A stretch of 63,670 nucleotides of DNA from Chiloscyllium plagiosum. Taxonomy: Eukaryota. Under the pieces are notes generated by a model. The model was not told the DNA's origin. It saw nothing but the letters and a program-made list of their open reading frames with translations, and made no database searches. The stretch is taken from assembly GCF_004010195.1 (NCBI RefSeq), contig NC_057719.1, positions 12,096,332-12,160,001 on the forward strand. Reading direction: 5' to 3'. Shown in pieces: positions 25,504-39,264 of the stretch. Positions within the stretch are counted from its first letter, which is position 1. The number at the start of each line of letters is the position of its first letter. Both the position numbers and the translations under genes were made by a program.

Positions 25504-25524
25504 TCAATTTTTCCATCTGATTTG
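25504..25524 (-). CDS. VIPAS39: VIPAS39 last coding exon (QIRWKN-stop)
   Basis: ttgcag acceptor, then CAAATCAGATGGAAAAATTGA; same C-terminal QIRWKN as remembered for vertebrate VIPAS39. Confidence 0.95.
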   Translation of the reverse strand, partial: QIRWKN

Positions 25525-26089
25525 CTGCAAAACACAACATTCAAAACTACTATTACCAATCTAGCGATTATATTTATTTTTCATTTACTTATTTTTATAT
25601 TATGTAGATCTCACTTCTGGCAATTAAAAAAGGCAAATGCTTTTACAGTTCAGTGATGGTCTCTATTTGTGTAACAGTGGGCTGTTGCCTTAAAAATACT
25701 AAGTTGTGGACTGATATCATCAGTCCTGGCCAGATCACTGAAGTCGGATGTTATATATGCTTCACACATTCCATTCTGGGAAGTTAAGGTTTAAAGCATC
25801 ATTTTTGCTTTATGTTACCACAAGGCTTGTGGTTCAGGTTCTGTTCTGCACATTTAACAGACAGCTTTCACTGCCCAACCCAGTTTGTGGTCTTTAATGA
25901 ATAACTGCAATCTGACTTGAGCAGGTTCTGCGAACTCTTATTTACAATGCCGGGCATAATAATGTTCTGAGTAACTACATCTCACAGATATACAGATTAT
26001 TCCATTCTTTCTTCACAGTGTCTCACACATGATGCTGCTATTGTTGTTAATCATGCTTACATCACCATCTCACCAGAAAATAGGACTCT

Positions 26090-27330
26090 GACTCCTCTAT
26101 TCAAGAAAGGAAGGAGACAAAAAGCAGGAAATAACAAGTCAGTTAGTTGAACAGTTATTAGAAGGAACAGCTATTAGGAGGAAGTTCTTTGAGGAGGTAA
26201 CAAACATCACGACAAAGAGGAACCTTTCCAAGAAGATACATGACAAGGTACACCAAAGCTTGCTATGCAGAATAAGAACTAACAGCACTGGATGTAATAT
26301 ATTAAGATGGAAAGACAATTGGCTAGTTAACAGGAAACAGAATAGATATAAATAAATAAATTTTGAGATGGCAAGATTGGAGTGCCATAAGAATCAGTGC
26401 TGGGACCTCAGCTACTTACAATTTATACCAATGACTTGGATTAAGGGAACAAATATACGACTGCTAAATTTGATGACACAAAGAAGATATAAATGTAAAT
26501 TATAAAGAGGACATAACGGTTTCTAAAAGGGAAAAGAGATATAGATAGTTAATTTAGTGGGCAGAAAGTTGGCAAATGGAGTATAACATAGTGAAGGGGA
26601 CAAGTGAACTCATCACTTTGGCAGAAAGAAGCGAAAAGCAACATATTTAAATGGAGACAAAGTACTTGAGATACAAAGGATCTGGATATCTTGGTATATG
26701 GATCACAAAAGTTTGGCGTGCAGGTACAGCAAGTTATTCAGAAAACAAACAGAATGTTGTTATTTATTGCAAGGAGAATGTTATAGTTGTAAAGTTTTGC
26801 TGCAGTTGCATAGAGTATCGTAAGGCCACTACTGGAGTACTGTAGAGTTTGGTCTCCTTATTTAAGAAAGGATGCAAATATATTAGAAGGAGTTCAGAAA
26901 AGATTTATTGATTGATACTGGGATGGTGTGGGTGGGGGGCGGTGTGCAGACCTTTCTCATAAGGGAAAAGTTGGACAGGTAGGACCCAAACTCAGAGTTT
27001 AGAAGAATTAGAGGTCATCTTATTGAAATATATCAGATTCTGAGCTGACTTAAAAGATTGATGCTGAGACAAAGATTTCCCTTGGGGGAGAAACTAGAGC
27101 TCGGGGATATCAGGGATTATCCAGTTAAGACAGAGATGAGGAGAAATCTTCTCTCTCCAAGTGTTGAGGGGCTTTGGAATTTTCTTCCCAAGAAGACGGT
27201 GGGGATGGGATCAATGAATATTTTTAAAGGCAGAGGTCGATTGATTTCCTTCTTGGTCAAGAATCTAAGAGTTCCAGGGATCGACAAAGAAGTCAAGTTA
27301 TCAGGACAATCAGCTCAGCCATGAGTTGCA
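26090..27330 (+). mobile_element. Old degraded CR1 LINE
   Basis: Fragmentary RT motifs and CR1 3' region. Confidence 0.7.
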
Positions 27331-27393
27331 TACTCATGTTCCTCATTCAAACATTCACATATCTATTCTCATAATAACGCTGTTTCAACTTAC

Positions 27394-27498
27394 AGAATTG
27401 CTCAGGATATAGTCAATCTTCCTCTGTTCTTGTGAGTTTTTTTCCACTTTGTCTCTATACAGAACCAGCTGTTGTCGATCTTTGAGGTCCCTGTAGGT
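27394..27498 (-). CDS. VIPAS39: VIPAS39 penultimate coding exon ([35 protein letters not shown])
   Basis: atttag/GTAAGT, 105 nt, phase 0-0. Confidence 0.96.
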
Positions 27499-28067
27499 CT
27501 AAATTCGAGTTAAGAAAAGGGATGTAAAACAACTTTTACAAATCACTACATCATCTACTTTCTGTGATCCTAAGTGATATATAAAACTTCAATTTAAACA
27601 CTTCAATTGCAATATAATTTCCATTTCTCATCTTTTTAACAGGACTGATTTAGCAATATCTATTGACACCCACCATTCCCCACATGTGCACTAAGCACTG
27701 CTTCAATTCGCACATGCACATTTAAAAAGGATTGACTTTACTATGGGATGAAGTAGTGTTTCTGGAATTGTGTGCATGCGCATTTTTGGATTAGACCACC
27801 TGTGTTGCAAACAACACTGGGTGTCAGCAGACACTGGTGACTCATTTTACCCTCCTTTATAAGTTGGAATCCCAGAAACAATCATGACCTCCCAGCTGAA
27901 GCAACCTTAGGAATTGGGCAACAAATCGTGCAACATAGGAGGAGGCTGAGCAGAGTTTTGCATTCTCAGATCACAATTTATTTTCAAGTGTATTTGGACC
28001 TCACATCCTCAAGATGAGTGTCTCTGTAAAGCATGAACAAAATGTTTGGGAGCAGGAAGTCTGCTGA

Positions 28068-28198
28068 AGTGAAAAGGTGGGACAAAGATGCTGGAGATCA
28101 GAGTTGAAAAGCGTGGTTCTGGAAAAGCACAGCAGGTCAGGCAGCATCTGAGGAGCAAGAGAGTCGACTTTTCTGGCATAAGCCCTTTATCAGGAATG
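28068..28198 (-). mobile_element. Penelope-terminal fragment
   Basis: Same GATGCTGGAGATCAGAG...GGAAAAGCACAGCAGGTCAGGCAGCATC family as 1463. Confidence 0.75.
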
Positions 28199-28660
28199 TA
28201 TAAATGCAGCAAGGGGACATCCAGAAGTTGAATCAATTCATACAATTTTTGACATTAACTTGCTCATGTGGACTTCTGAGAGTAGAAGAAACTCTATTTG
28301 TGGAATTGCCTTCTTCAAAAATATGAATGGGGATTTCCGCCAATCGTGAATGCAGTAGACTGAGAATGCACAGTAATAGATGCATGTACTTGCACACTTG
28401 CTTCTCAAGGAAATAGATTTTCTTTTAATTCCTTTTCTTCGAAACCACAGATAAGTGAAGATTAGACTCACTGTTTCACCCAATGCAAGGTTTACACACA
28501 TTAGAGAAAATCACAGAAGGCAGACATGTGAGCAGCAGGACTTGTCTATACTCACGATATAAAATATTCAGCAAAGACACCTTGCAATAAGTGCATTATC
28601 TTCTGTCTTTTTGTCAGTTTCTCTCTACTGTAGCAAAAATAAATCCACACTTATACTTAC

Positions 28661-28750
28661 ATCAATCACAATATTATGGCACTTGTACTTTGAGGCAAGG
28701 TTCAACCTCAGTTCTGTGTTGTCCACTAAAGCAACATATTCCTGGATAAC
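28661..28750 (-). CDS. VIPAS39: VIPAS39 exon (VIQEYVALVDNTELRLNLASKYKCHNIVID)
   Basis: ttccag/GTAAGT, 90 nt. Confidence 0.96.
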
Positions 28751-29214
28751 CTGGAAAAAAAAATGACACAATTGACAAAAGAATTGGAGGTGACTTGAGG
28801 AAGACTTTTCTTTAACAATGGAATGCACTGCCTGCAAGCAGATTCAATATTAATTCACAGAAATAAATTAGATAAATACTCAGATGGTAAACAGTTGAAA
28901 GGAAAGAGCAGGTGACTGCGTCCAGTCAAGTAGCTTCACAAAAAATTCAAAAGAGGCATGATGAATAAAATGTGACAAAATTCAATGAAACTTTCTTCCT
29001 TAAAAGTATCAGAGAGACTGCATTGCAGGCTTAATACCCCCTTGCTGATATCCAAGTCACTATCACACAGTTTGAGGGAATTTTGACCTTATTCTGAAAT
29101 CTCTTTCCAACCCAATATTTATTTGCGATGAGAGATATTAGAGATGGATAATCATGGATTTCTCCCATATCAAGCGCCCAGAGATCAGGACAAGATGACC
29201 AAGATACAAAATAA

Positions 29215-29408
29215 TACAAACAACTGCAGATTCTGGAACAAAATAGAAATTGCCGGAGAAACCCAGCAGGTCTGGCAGCATCTGTAGAGTTAAATTTTGA
29301 GTACAGTAATCCTTCTTCAGAACTGAAATTCTGCAGTTCCGAAGAGGTTCACTGGACTTAAAACAACAACTTCCTTTTCTCTCCACAGTTGCTGCCTGAA
29401 CTGCTGAG
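29215..29408. mobile_element. Inverted pair of degenerate Penelope-terminal repeats
   Basis: CTTCTTCAGAACTG ... CAGTTCCGAAGAGG centre; same family as 6595. Confidence 0.65.
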
Positions 29409-30078
29409 ACAGAAAGTGCAGTGCACCCAGAACAAAATGGATAGACTCCAACCTCACCATTTCACCTTGCCATCTCCTATATCACCTATGTAATAATTTC
29501 ATTTCTCCCAGCAACCCTCTCAATGACTTAAAGATTGCTGCTTGAGCATTTAGGGTGATGTGGTACTTGTCATTTTTACATGAAAAAAATTGAATAGAGA
29601 GATCACATTATATATCATTTTGTTTGGTGGAGGCATTTAAATGCATGGAAAATAGATCTGGGTCATTGCGATAATACGAGCCCTCATATTAATAGTGACC
29701 ATGTCATGTTGCTCAAACAAAACAGGAGTGATAGTCACCCAAACCTGAAAATACGATCACATTATAACTTAGATTATTGACATTTACATGACAAACTCAC
29801 TAATAAACTGCTAAAAAAAAAACTAACAATGTAGAGGAGCAAGGGCAGTGTATTTTAAACTGAGAGAACAGTATTGTGCTGAAGGAGGCTAACTGACCTA
29901 ATGTGTAACAGTATCTATTGGCGTTCCCACCTTATGCATTCTGCTGATCCACTCTTTTACACTAAAGACATCCTGAATGATTATTATTATTCTCAAACCT
30001 CTCCAAGATAGTGATCCGTTTACCCAATGGAGCAGAATAAAGGAAAATTACTCTCCAAGTATTCGACTAGCATCTTAC

Positions 30079-30165
30079 CTCAACTGGAGCATTGTTTTTG
30101 TGTAAGATGTCCACAACTCTATGAAATCCAATTGGGGCTTTCTTCTTGGTATATCCTAGCCAATT
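30079..30165 (-). CDS. VIPAS39: VIPAS39 exon ([29 protein letters not shown])
   Basis: atttag/GTAAGA, 87 nt. Confidence 0.96.
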
Positions 30166-30436
30166 CTAAATAAAACAAAACACATCTCTTAAGAGGGAGA
30201 AAGGTTGCTCTGATAGAAGGTTACAAAATGCAGTTGCAGAATGTTGGTGTCAGTGACAGGGTCAGCATTTACTGCTCAACAGAACTTGTTAATGAACTAT
30301 CTTCTTGAATATAATCAACTGGGTTATGAGTGCTGTTAAAAGTCAACCACAAACAAATCAGAAATTGCTGGAAAAACTCTAGGTCTGTCAGCATCAGTGG
30401 AGAGAAAGCAGAGTTAACATTTCAGGTCCAGTGATC

Positions 30437-33388
30437 CTGGCAGATGAACTCAGGGCATGGTTAGGAACATGAGACTGGATATCATAGCAATTACAGAAAC
30501 ATGGCTCAAGGATGGGCAGGACTGGCAGCTTAATGTTCCAGGATACAAATGCTACAGGAAGGACTGAAAGGGAGGCAAGAGAGGATGGGGAGTGGCATTT
30601 TTATAAGGGATAGCATTACACATGTGCTGAGGGAGGATATTCCTGGAAATACATCCAGAGAAGTTATTTGGGTGGAACTGAGAAATAAGAAAGGGATTGT
30701 ATTATAGACTCCCTAATAGTCAGAGGGAAATTGAGAAACAAACTTGTAAAGAGATCTCAGCTATCTGTAAGAATAATAGGGTGGTTTTTTTTGTGGATTC
30801 CCTACAGTGTGGAAACAGGCCCTTCGGCCAAACCAGTCCACACCGACCCTCCGAAGGGTAACCCACCCAGACTCATGTCCCACTGACTAATGTACTTAAC
30901 ACTATGGGCAATTTAGCATGGTCAATTCACCTGACCTGCACATCTTTGGACTGTGGGAGGAAACCCACGCAAACACGGGGAGAATGTGCAAACTCCACAC
31001 AGACAGTTGCCCAAGGCCGGAATCGAACCTGGGACCCTGGAGTTGTGAGGCAGCAGTGCTAACCACTGAGCCACCGTGTTATGGTAGGGAATTTTAACTT
31101 TCCAAACATAGACTGGGACTGCCATAATGTTAAGGGTTTAGATGGAGTGGAAGTTGTTAAGTGTGAACAAGAAAATTTTCTGATTCAGTCTGTGGATGTA
31201 CCTACTAGAGAAGGTGCAAAACCTAACCTACTCTTGGGAAATAAGACAGGGCAGGTGACTGAGGTGTCAGTGGGGGAGCACTTTGGGACCAGTGACCATA
31301 ATTCTATTAGATTTAAAATAGTGATGGAAAAGGATAGACCAGATCTAAAAGCTGAAGTTCTAAATTGGAGAAAGGCCAATTTTGACGGTATTAGGCAAGA
31401 ACTTTCAAAAGCTGATTGGGGGCAGATGTTCACAGGTAAAGGGACGGCTGGAAAATGGGAAGCCTTCAGAAATGAGATAACGAGAATCCAGAGAAAGTAT
31501 ACTCCTGATGGGGTGAAAGGAAAGGCTGGTAGGTGTAGGGTATGCTTGATGACTAAAGAAATTGAGGGTTTACTTAAGAAAAAGAAGGAAGCATATGTAA
31601 GGTACAGACAGGATAGATCGAGTAAATCCTCAGAAGAGTATAAAGGCAATAGGAGTATACTTAAGAGGGATATCAGGAGGGCAAAAAGGGGGCATGAAAT
31701 AGCTTTGGGCGAATAGAGTTAAGAGAATCCAAAGAATTTTTACAAATATATTAAGGACAAAAGGATAACTAGGGAGAGAATCGGGCCCCTCAAAGATCAG
31801 CAAGTTGGCCTTTGTATGGAGCCACAGAAAATGGGGGAGATACTAAACGAGTATTTTGCATCAGTATTTACTGTGGAAAAGGATATGGAAGACATAGAAA
31901 GTAACGAAACAGGTGGTAACACCTTGCAAAATGTCCATATTACAGAGGAGGAAGTGCTGGATGTCTTGAAACGCATAAAGGTAAATAAATCCCCATGACC
32001 TGATCAGGTGTACCCTAGAACTCTGTGGAATGCTATGAAGTGATTGCTGGGCCTCTTGCTGAGATATTTGAATCATCGATAGTCACAGGTGAGGTGCCGG
32101 AAGACTGGAGGTTGGCAAACGTGGTGCCACTCTTTAGAAAGGGTAGTAAGCCAGGGAACTATAGACCAGTGAGCCTGACGTCGGTGGTGGGCAAGTTATT
32201 GGAGGGAATCCTGAGGGACAGGATGTACATATATTTGAAAAGGCAAGGACTGATTAGGGAAAGTCAACATGGCTTTGTGCATAGGAAATCATGTCTCACA
32301 AACTTGATTGAGTTTTTTGAAGAAGTAACAAAGAGAATTGATGAGGGCAGAGCAGTAGATGTGATCTATATGGACTTTGGTAAGTCATTCGACAAGGTTC
32401 CCCACGGGAGACTGGTTAGCAAGGTTAGATCTCATGGAATAAAGGGAGAATTAGCCATTTGGATACAGAAATGGCTCAAAGATAGAAAACAGAGGGTTGT
32501 GGTGGAGGGTTGTTTTTCAGACTGGAGGCCTGTGACCAGTGGAGTGCCACAAGGATCGGTGCTGGGTCCTCTACTTTACAGAAATGATTTGGATGCGAGC
32601 ATAAGAGGTACAGTTTGTAAGTTTGCAGGTGGAGGTGTAGTTGACGGTGAAGAAGGTAACCTCAGATTACAACACGATCTTGATCAGATGGGCCAATGGG
32701 CCGAGAAGTGGCAGATGGAGTTTAATTCAGATAAATGCGAGGTGCTGCATTTTGGGAAAGTAAATCTTAGCAGGACTTATACACTTAATGGTAAGGTCCC
32801 GGAAAGTGTTGCCGAACAAAGAGACCTTGCAGGTTCATAGCTCCGTGAAAGTGGAGTCACAGGTAGATAGGATAGTGAAGGTGGTGTTTGGTATGCTTTC
32901 CTGTATTGGTCAGAGTATTGAGTACAGGAGTTGGGAGGTCATGTTGTGGCTGNNNNNNNNNNNNNNNNNNNNNNTGTTTTCCCTGGAGTGTCAGAGGCTG
33001 AGGGGTGACCTTATAGAGGTTTACAAAATTATGAGGGGCATGAATAGGATAAATAGACAAAGTCTTTTCCCTGGGGTTGGGGAGTCTCGAACTAGAGGGC
33101 ATAGGTTTAGGGTGAAACGGGAAAGATATAAAAGGGACCTAAGGGGCAACTTACACACACAGAGGGTGGTATGTGTATGGAATGAGCTGCCAGAGGAAGT
33201 GGTGGAGTCTGGTACAATTGCAACATTTAAAAGGCATCTGGATGGGTATATGAATAGAAAGAGTTTGGAGGGATATGGGCCAGGTGCTGGCAGGTGGGAC
33301 TAGATTGGGTTGGGATATCTGGTCGGCATGGACGGGTTGGACCAAAGGGTCTGTTTCCATGCTGTACATATGTATGACTCTATGACTC
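30437..33388 (+). mobile_element. HER1-like CR1 LINE, about 2.7 kb of ORF2 (APE endonuclease plus RT), disrupted
   Basis: [49 protein letters not shown]; stops and frameshifts; TATGACTC tail. Confidence 0.95.
30795..31077 (-). mobile_element. HE1-like SINE inserted in the CR1 endonuclease domain
   Basis: A/B boxes on the minus strand; host reading frame resumes at 31081. Confidence 0.92.
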
Positions 33389-35398
33389 TTCAGAACTCAA
33401 CTACATTGTTGGGGTCTGAAGCATCATGACTGTTGTAAAACGTGGACTATCAACTTTCAAATTCCATCACATGATTTTAATACCTGGGACTTCCAAAGAC
33501 TGAAGCAGTTTTAAAGAAATAAATACACTGACTTAAAATGGCCACCGCAGTCAGCTGATCACACAGATTAGCCAACCTTTACGAAACCTAACATGGAATA
33601 AACAAAAATAATTTGAATTGAAATTAACATTTTATCAAAAGACACAGAAGTAAGTCCACCCAATCAAGCTTGAAGAAACCCTTATATCCATTTTATGATT
33701 TACACCTGTTACGTTTCACATATTGGAGATGAAAGTTACCACCTGTAATTATCAAGTTGTAAACTGTAAACTCAGACAACCCAGCTTGTATTTTAGCTGC
33801 TTTTGGTAGGACAGAAAGGTGCATTTGTGAATGGAAGCAGCAGGAACAACTGCTGTCTCTGCTTCACGAAGGACAAGGTACCTGGATGACAACACAAATT
33901 GGAAACACCTGGACATGAGAAATTAAAGAAATCTGCAATATTTGCCACCATTAAAGATACAAGATATCAGTTAATCAATCATGGTTTGAGGTAAAACCTT
34001 TACACCACAAGAACACCCTAAGAATCATAGAATCCCTACAGTGCAGAAAGAAGCCATTTGCCCCATCATGTCTGCACTGATTGTCTGAAGAGCCTAACCC
34101 TGTAACCTCTGCACTTCCCATGGCAAATGCATGGACACGACAAATAATTTAGCACGGCAAATCCACATAACTTGCAGATCTTTGGAATCAAGGACTTTAA
34201 ACTGTATATAACTTTCATAGTGGACACTATACCCCTTTAAATTTATACCATTATATAGGTAATGTTTAACATAGGCTCTTCGTTTTTTTTCAGGGTTAAC
34301 AGAATATAAAATTGCTAATTCTTTCATTCAACAAAACTTTGTAATTGGCTCCCTATTATGGCAGCCACTAGGTAACTACACTTTTGTCAGACAGGGATAG
34401 TTGTGTGCTAAAATGAATGTAAAACTGTTGTTACAACCAAATGTAGAGGCTGAAAAGAGGAAACTGACTCATCATCCTTTACCTGGTTATAACAGGGGTC
34501 ATATGTAGACCAGACCAGGTAAGGTGGCAGATTATCTGCCCTAAAGGACACCAGTGAACCAGACAGGCTTTTATGGCAATCAGGTACTTTCATAGACACT
34601 ACCACCAATATTGGTTATTCATTCCAAATCCAACTCAATTTACATTCCCTAGTAACCATGGTGGGTTTTGAACCCCTGTCTCCTGATCAGTAATCAAAGC
34701 CTCGGAATTACTTGTCTGTTAACATAATTTGCATCTTATCATACCTCAGGAACTGAATGATTTGTTTGAAAATAAAGTTGGAGAGAAAATTACTTCTCAA
34801 TTCTTGGCCAAAAGTTGAATGTTGGGGGCAAAAGATAATTATTTGTAAATGTCCTCAGCATTAGAAAACACTAGAGGTGAAAATGTTACTTAAACAGAAA
34901 CCAGACATATGGTTTTCTAATTAGAATTTTAGTTCAACTCTCTCACATCAATTCTAACATGGTTAATTATTTGTTCTCTATATATAGGTAAAGTGACCAT
35001 AGTCCTCCTGATCCTTAGGGTTGCTTTCTCATCAGAAAAGATAATTTGTGATGTTTAACCAGAGGGTCACCACATTCAACTGAGGGGCATGATTGACAAG
35101 GTGGGACCTCAGCCGATGCAGGAATTCAACCCATGTTGTTAACATCTCAGACCAGCCAACTGAGTGACTGGCACAGACATACATCCAAAATTTGTAGCTG
35201 GCCATTTACGTAACTGAGTAGAATATCTAAATAGATCCTATGACCAGTGCAGAACTAGAAAGAGACATGCACTCTTCCAACCTCAGTCATAACATTAGTA
35301 AAATGCAACATTTTACCAACGAACACATAAGAAGGTTAAAGTACCAAAATATCCCATTCTACTGCAACTGCAGACTGATAGTGATACAAACAAGTTAC

Positions 35399-35488
35399 CT
35401 TTGTAGTAAATAGAGTATCAACATCTTTCCAAGCCTTTAGTTTGGCACGAGCTGCGAGTGTAGTGAGCAAGAACTGCTTGTCTGAAAT
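35399..35488 (-). CDS. VIPAS39: VIPAS39 exon ([30 protein letters not shown])
   Basis: tttcag/GTAACT, 90 nt. Confidence 0.96.
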
Positions 35489-35699
35489 CTGAAACACATG
35501 CAGAAATAATTTTCTGCTGCACACAAATATATCCAGATTCTAACGATTCAACACAGGATAAAGTGCATCTACAAATAATAGTCTATTCCAACCTCTTGAC
35601 TTTTCTGAAACAGAAACAATTAAAAGGTGTTCAGTTTGACCTTATTAGCACTTATTTTTGGAATTCCAATTCAAGATGCCCAACATTTGCATTCACACC

Positions 35700-37140
35700 A
35701 TAAGGTACAAGATAAAGGAGCAGAAGCAGGCCATTCAGCCAGAGCTTGCTCTGCCATTCAATGAGATAATGCTGATCTAATAATCCTCAACGTCACTCTC
35801 CTATCATTTCGACTTGATTCGTTTACTGATTAAAAATCTTGCATCTCAGCCTTGAATCTACGTAATAACCCAACTGCTACAGCCCACTGTGATGAGAAAT
35901 TCCATATTTTCACCACACACACACAGAGAAGAAATTACTCGTCAATTGTGTCCTAATTGGTTGACTCTTCACTCTGAGATTGTGCCCGCTGATTCTAGAG
36001 TCCCTCATGAGGGGAATCTTCTCTCCAACCATTCTATCAAACCCTCTCAAATCTTATATGTTTGAATAAGATCTCTTCTCAGTCCACTAAACCTCCATAC
36101 CCATAATGAACTTCGTGAACCTTCTCTGGACTGCCTTCAATGCCAAGATATGTTTAAAAGGATAAAACTGTTCAGAATATTCTCAGTGCCTATAACTAAT
36201 GCCTTGCACAATTTATCATGGCTTTCCTATTTTTATAGTTCATTCCCTTTGAAATAAAAACCAACATTCCATTTGCCTTCCTGATTACCTGCTGAACTTC
36301 TATTCTAGCTTTTTGTAATTTATGTACAAGGACTCTGAAATCCTTCTGTAGTGTTGCTTTCTGCAGTCCCTCTTCATTTAAATGATATTCAGCTCTACTC
36401 TTCCTGCCAAAGTGTATAATATCACATTTTCCCACATTATATTCCAACTGCCAAGCATTTGCCCACCAATCTGTCAAAATCCCTCTGTACTCTTTGTGTC
36501 ATGATCACCATTTGTCTTTCCACTTATTTCTGTGTCATCCACAATTTGGCTATCATACATTCACTTTCCTCATCCACGTTGATATATAGTGTAAATAATT
36601 GAGGCCCCAGCACTGATATTTGTGCACTCCACTAGTTACAGGTTGCCATCTGAAAAGTCCTGCTTTATCACAACTCTGTCTTCTATTAGTTAGCCAATTC
36701 TATATCCATGCTAATATACTACCTCCAACACAATGGACACTTACCTTAATAATTAGCCTAATGTGTGGTATCTATCAAACAGTTCCTGAAAATCCAAATA
36801 TATTACATACATTGCTTCTCTTATCCTTATCCTGCTTGTTACCTCCTAAAGAATTTGAATAAATTTGTCAGGCATGATTTTCTCTTTGTGAAGACATGCT
36901 GACTCTGCTTGATCATATTAAGTATTTCTAAATAATCCATTATATCTATTATAATAAACTGTAACATTTTGCCAATAAAAAATTGTTAAGCTAACTGGCC
37001 AATAACATACTAAACTAACTTACCTTCTTTTGTCTCCCTTTTTGAATAAAACATTACATATTAACTTTCCCAATCTTCTAAGACTTTTCCAGAATCTAAA
37101 GATTCTTCGAAGATTTTACCAGTGCATCCACTATCTCTGT
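35700..37140 (-). mobile_element. Old CR1 LINE fragment
   Basis: WQLEYNVGKCDIIHFGRK...IRKANGMLVFI. Confidence 0.8.
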
Positions 37141-37599
37141 CGCTACTTATATTATAGCTACAATGGTAAAAACTGTATGATTGACACATATATTGTTGCC
37201 AGTTTGGATTTCAAAATAGTGACATATAAGTGCTGATTACTTCTATGAACAGTATTCTTAATTTTGAAAAGAATAAGGTCAGAGACACCTTTGAAGTGGT
37301 GCTTTAAATTCAAAGCTTTGTCTGAGGGCAACTGACTGTGGACCCTTGTGCTGTTAATAAAAAGATGGTTATACTATTGGGTTTATAACAAGCAGAACAA
37401 CAGCCATTAGGTTTGTTTTCAGTTCAAAAGAATCTAGGATGAGCAATTTTTTTTAAAAGTTCAGTTAGAAGCAAGAATTTCAGTTCAGTTCAGAAGACAC
37501 CAAAATAGAGTTTTTGAGCCAGTTTAATTTCTTTCCTAGGATTAGTTGAGGCCCGTTCAAACACCAGTTAAGCCAGCACAAGAATTTAGTTTTGGAAAT

Positions 37600-37863
37600 A
37601 GTGAGGACTGCAGATGTTGGAAAGTCAGAATCAATAAAGTGTGGAGCTGGAAAAAGCACAAAAGGTCAAGCACCATCAAACAATCCCCTGGTCATCTCCT
37701 CCACCACATCCTGAAATACACCCGCTACTACATCCACGTGTCCTTCCTTAGCACCTGCCTATATAGTCAGCTTATCCCCCCGAGACTTCAGACAGACTCC
37801 CTTGCTCCTCTGATGCTGCTTGACCTGCTGTGCTTTTTCCAGCTCTACACTTTATCATCTCCA
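37600..37863. mobile_element. Inverted Penelope-terminal element
   Basis: GATAAAGTGTAGAGCTGGAAAAAGCAC-type arms in inverted orientation (37634-37660 and 37830-37857). Confidence 0.7.
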
Positions 37864-38964
37864 AGAATTAAGTTTGTCAAACTTTGAACCCAAGAGTACG
37901 TGGTTAAAAATCTGCAGGTTTTCAGAAGTGAGAAAGTTTAGGTTATCAGATTTGTGGACTAGTTTCGTCATCAGATTTGGAAAGGACCAAAAATTGTCTG
38001 CACAGTCCACAGCACAGAAACTGTCAGGAGTCAGTTAGAACTATAAAGAAATACAGGGAGTAATCTCTCTATAATAGATAATGTTGAGAAACAGGTTGAA
38101 ATGTTGTTTTGTAATATGTTTTCAGATCATTCTAACTGTGGTACACTTTTAGATAGCTTGTTTCTTGTTGAAATTTTTTCTTTTGTGTTATAAATTGCTG
38201 TTCTATTAAAGAAAATCAAAAGTTCTGTGTGAATATGTTTCAGTAATTAACAAAAACTACAAAGCCAGGTTTCATTTTGGAATCTGATGCCCTATAGTAT
38301 CATCAGCTGAGACCTCAGTAACACACATGGTATATGTTCTTCTCCTCAACCGCAACTCAAAAACAGAAGCCATTACAAGTGGATCTCCTAGCACAAATCT
38401 GTCCTGACTGCTTAACCACTGTGCTGCTACCTCTGCTATGGAACAGGATATACTGGAGGATGGTGATGATGGTTTCTGGGGCATTATCTGTAAAGTACAA
38501 TTCCAGGAGTATGATAATTCAGTTTTGGCTTGACTAGCTCGTAGGACAGTTCTCTTGAATTTTGTCCGAGATCCCCAGATGTTATAAGGAAGATTCTGTG
38601 AGATGTAGAGAGCTATATGTGATGTTGCCATTTCCTGTGCCTTGGGTAACCCCGAGTTGTCCATCCGGTTTCACTTTTCTCATTTTGACAATAGAATGAA
38701 ATGACATTATGACAATATTCTGATGATTATTCATTCTTGGGTGACCTCAAAAGGAAGAAGACATTCATCACTTGAAAGGAATGTCACTGAATTTATACAC
38801 ATAAAACTGAGGGGGGCTTGGAGAAATTCCAAGCATTTTCTATTCATGGATTAAATAGGGAGGTTGGAATCAGTGATGAGGTAGGTCGTATGTGACCAAT
38901 GAAACACAAACACTACCTGGGACCAACATGTTACTCAATGAATGCTTGACTGTATAGTACTTAC

Positions 38965-39006
38965 TTTGAAAGTTTTTTTCAAATTGGCTGGACTACTGAA
39001 TGTTCC
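38965..39006 (-). CDS. VIPAS39: VIPAS39 exon (GTFSSPANLKKTFK)
   Basis: ttgtag/GTAAGT, 42 nt. Confidence 0.95.
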
Positions 39007-39264
39007 CTACAAAAGAAACAAAATGAGAACACCGTTAGGATCACAAATATTCACTTTTAAACAAGAACCACAGCATTTCATGATTTAATGATACTCTCTA
39101 TCACAGTAGCAGCACCAGCAGAGGTATTCTGACCTCCCCTTCTATGTTTATCTTCAATCTTAAAACAGCTGTGTCAATTTACATAATCTGAACAAGAGTG
39201 GTAGCCTTATTCTGTATTATTCTGTGTTCCATCTGATGTTACAGCAATACATTTTACTATTTTT

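Noticed and set aside
31081..33303. Long ORFs (211, 271, 171 aa) as an active retrotransposon or host gene
   Set aside because: They are pieces of one CR1 ORF2 broken by stops, frameshifts, a SINE and an N gap.
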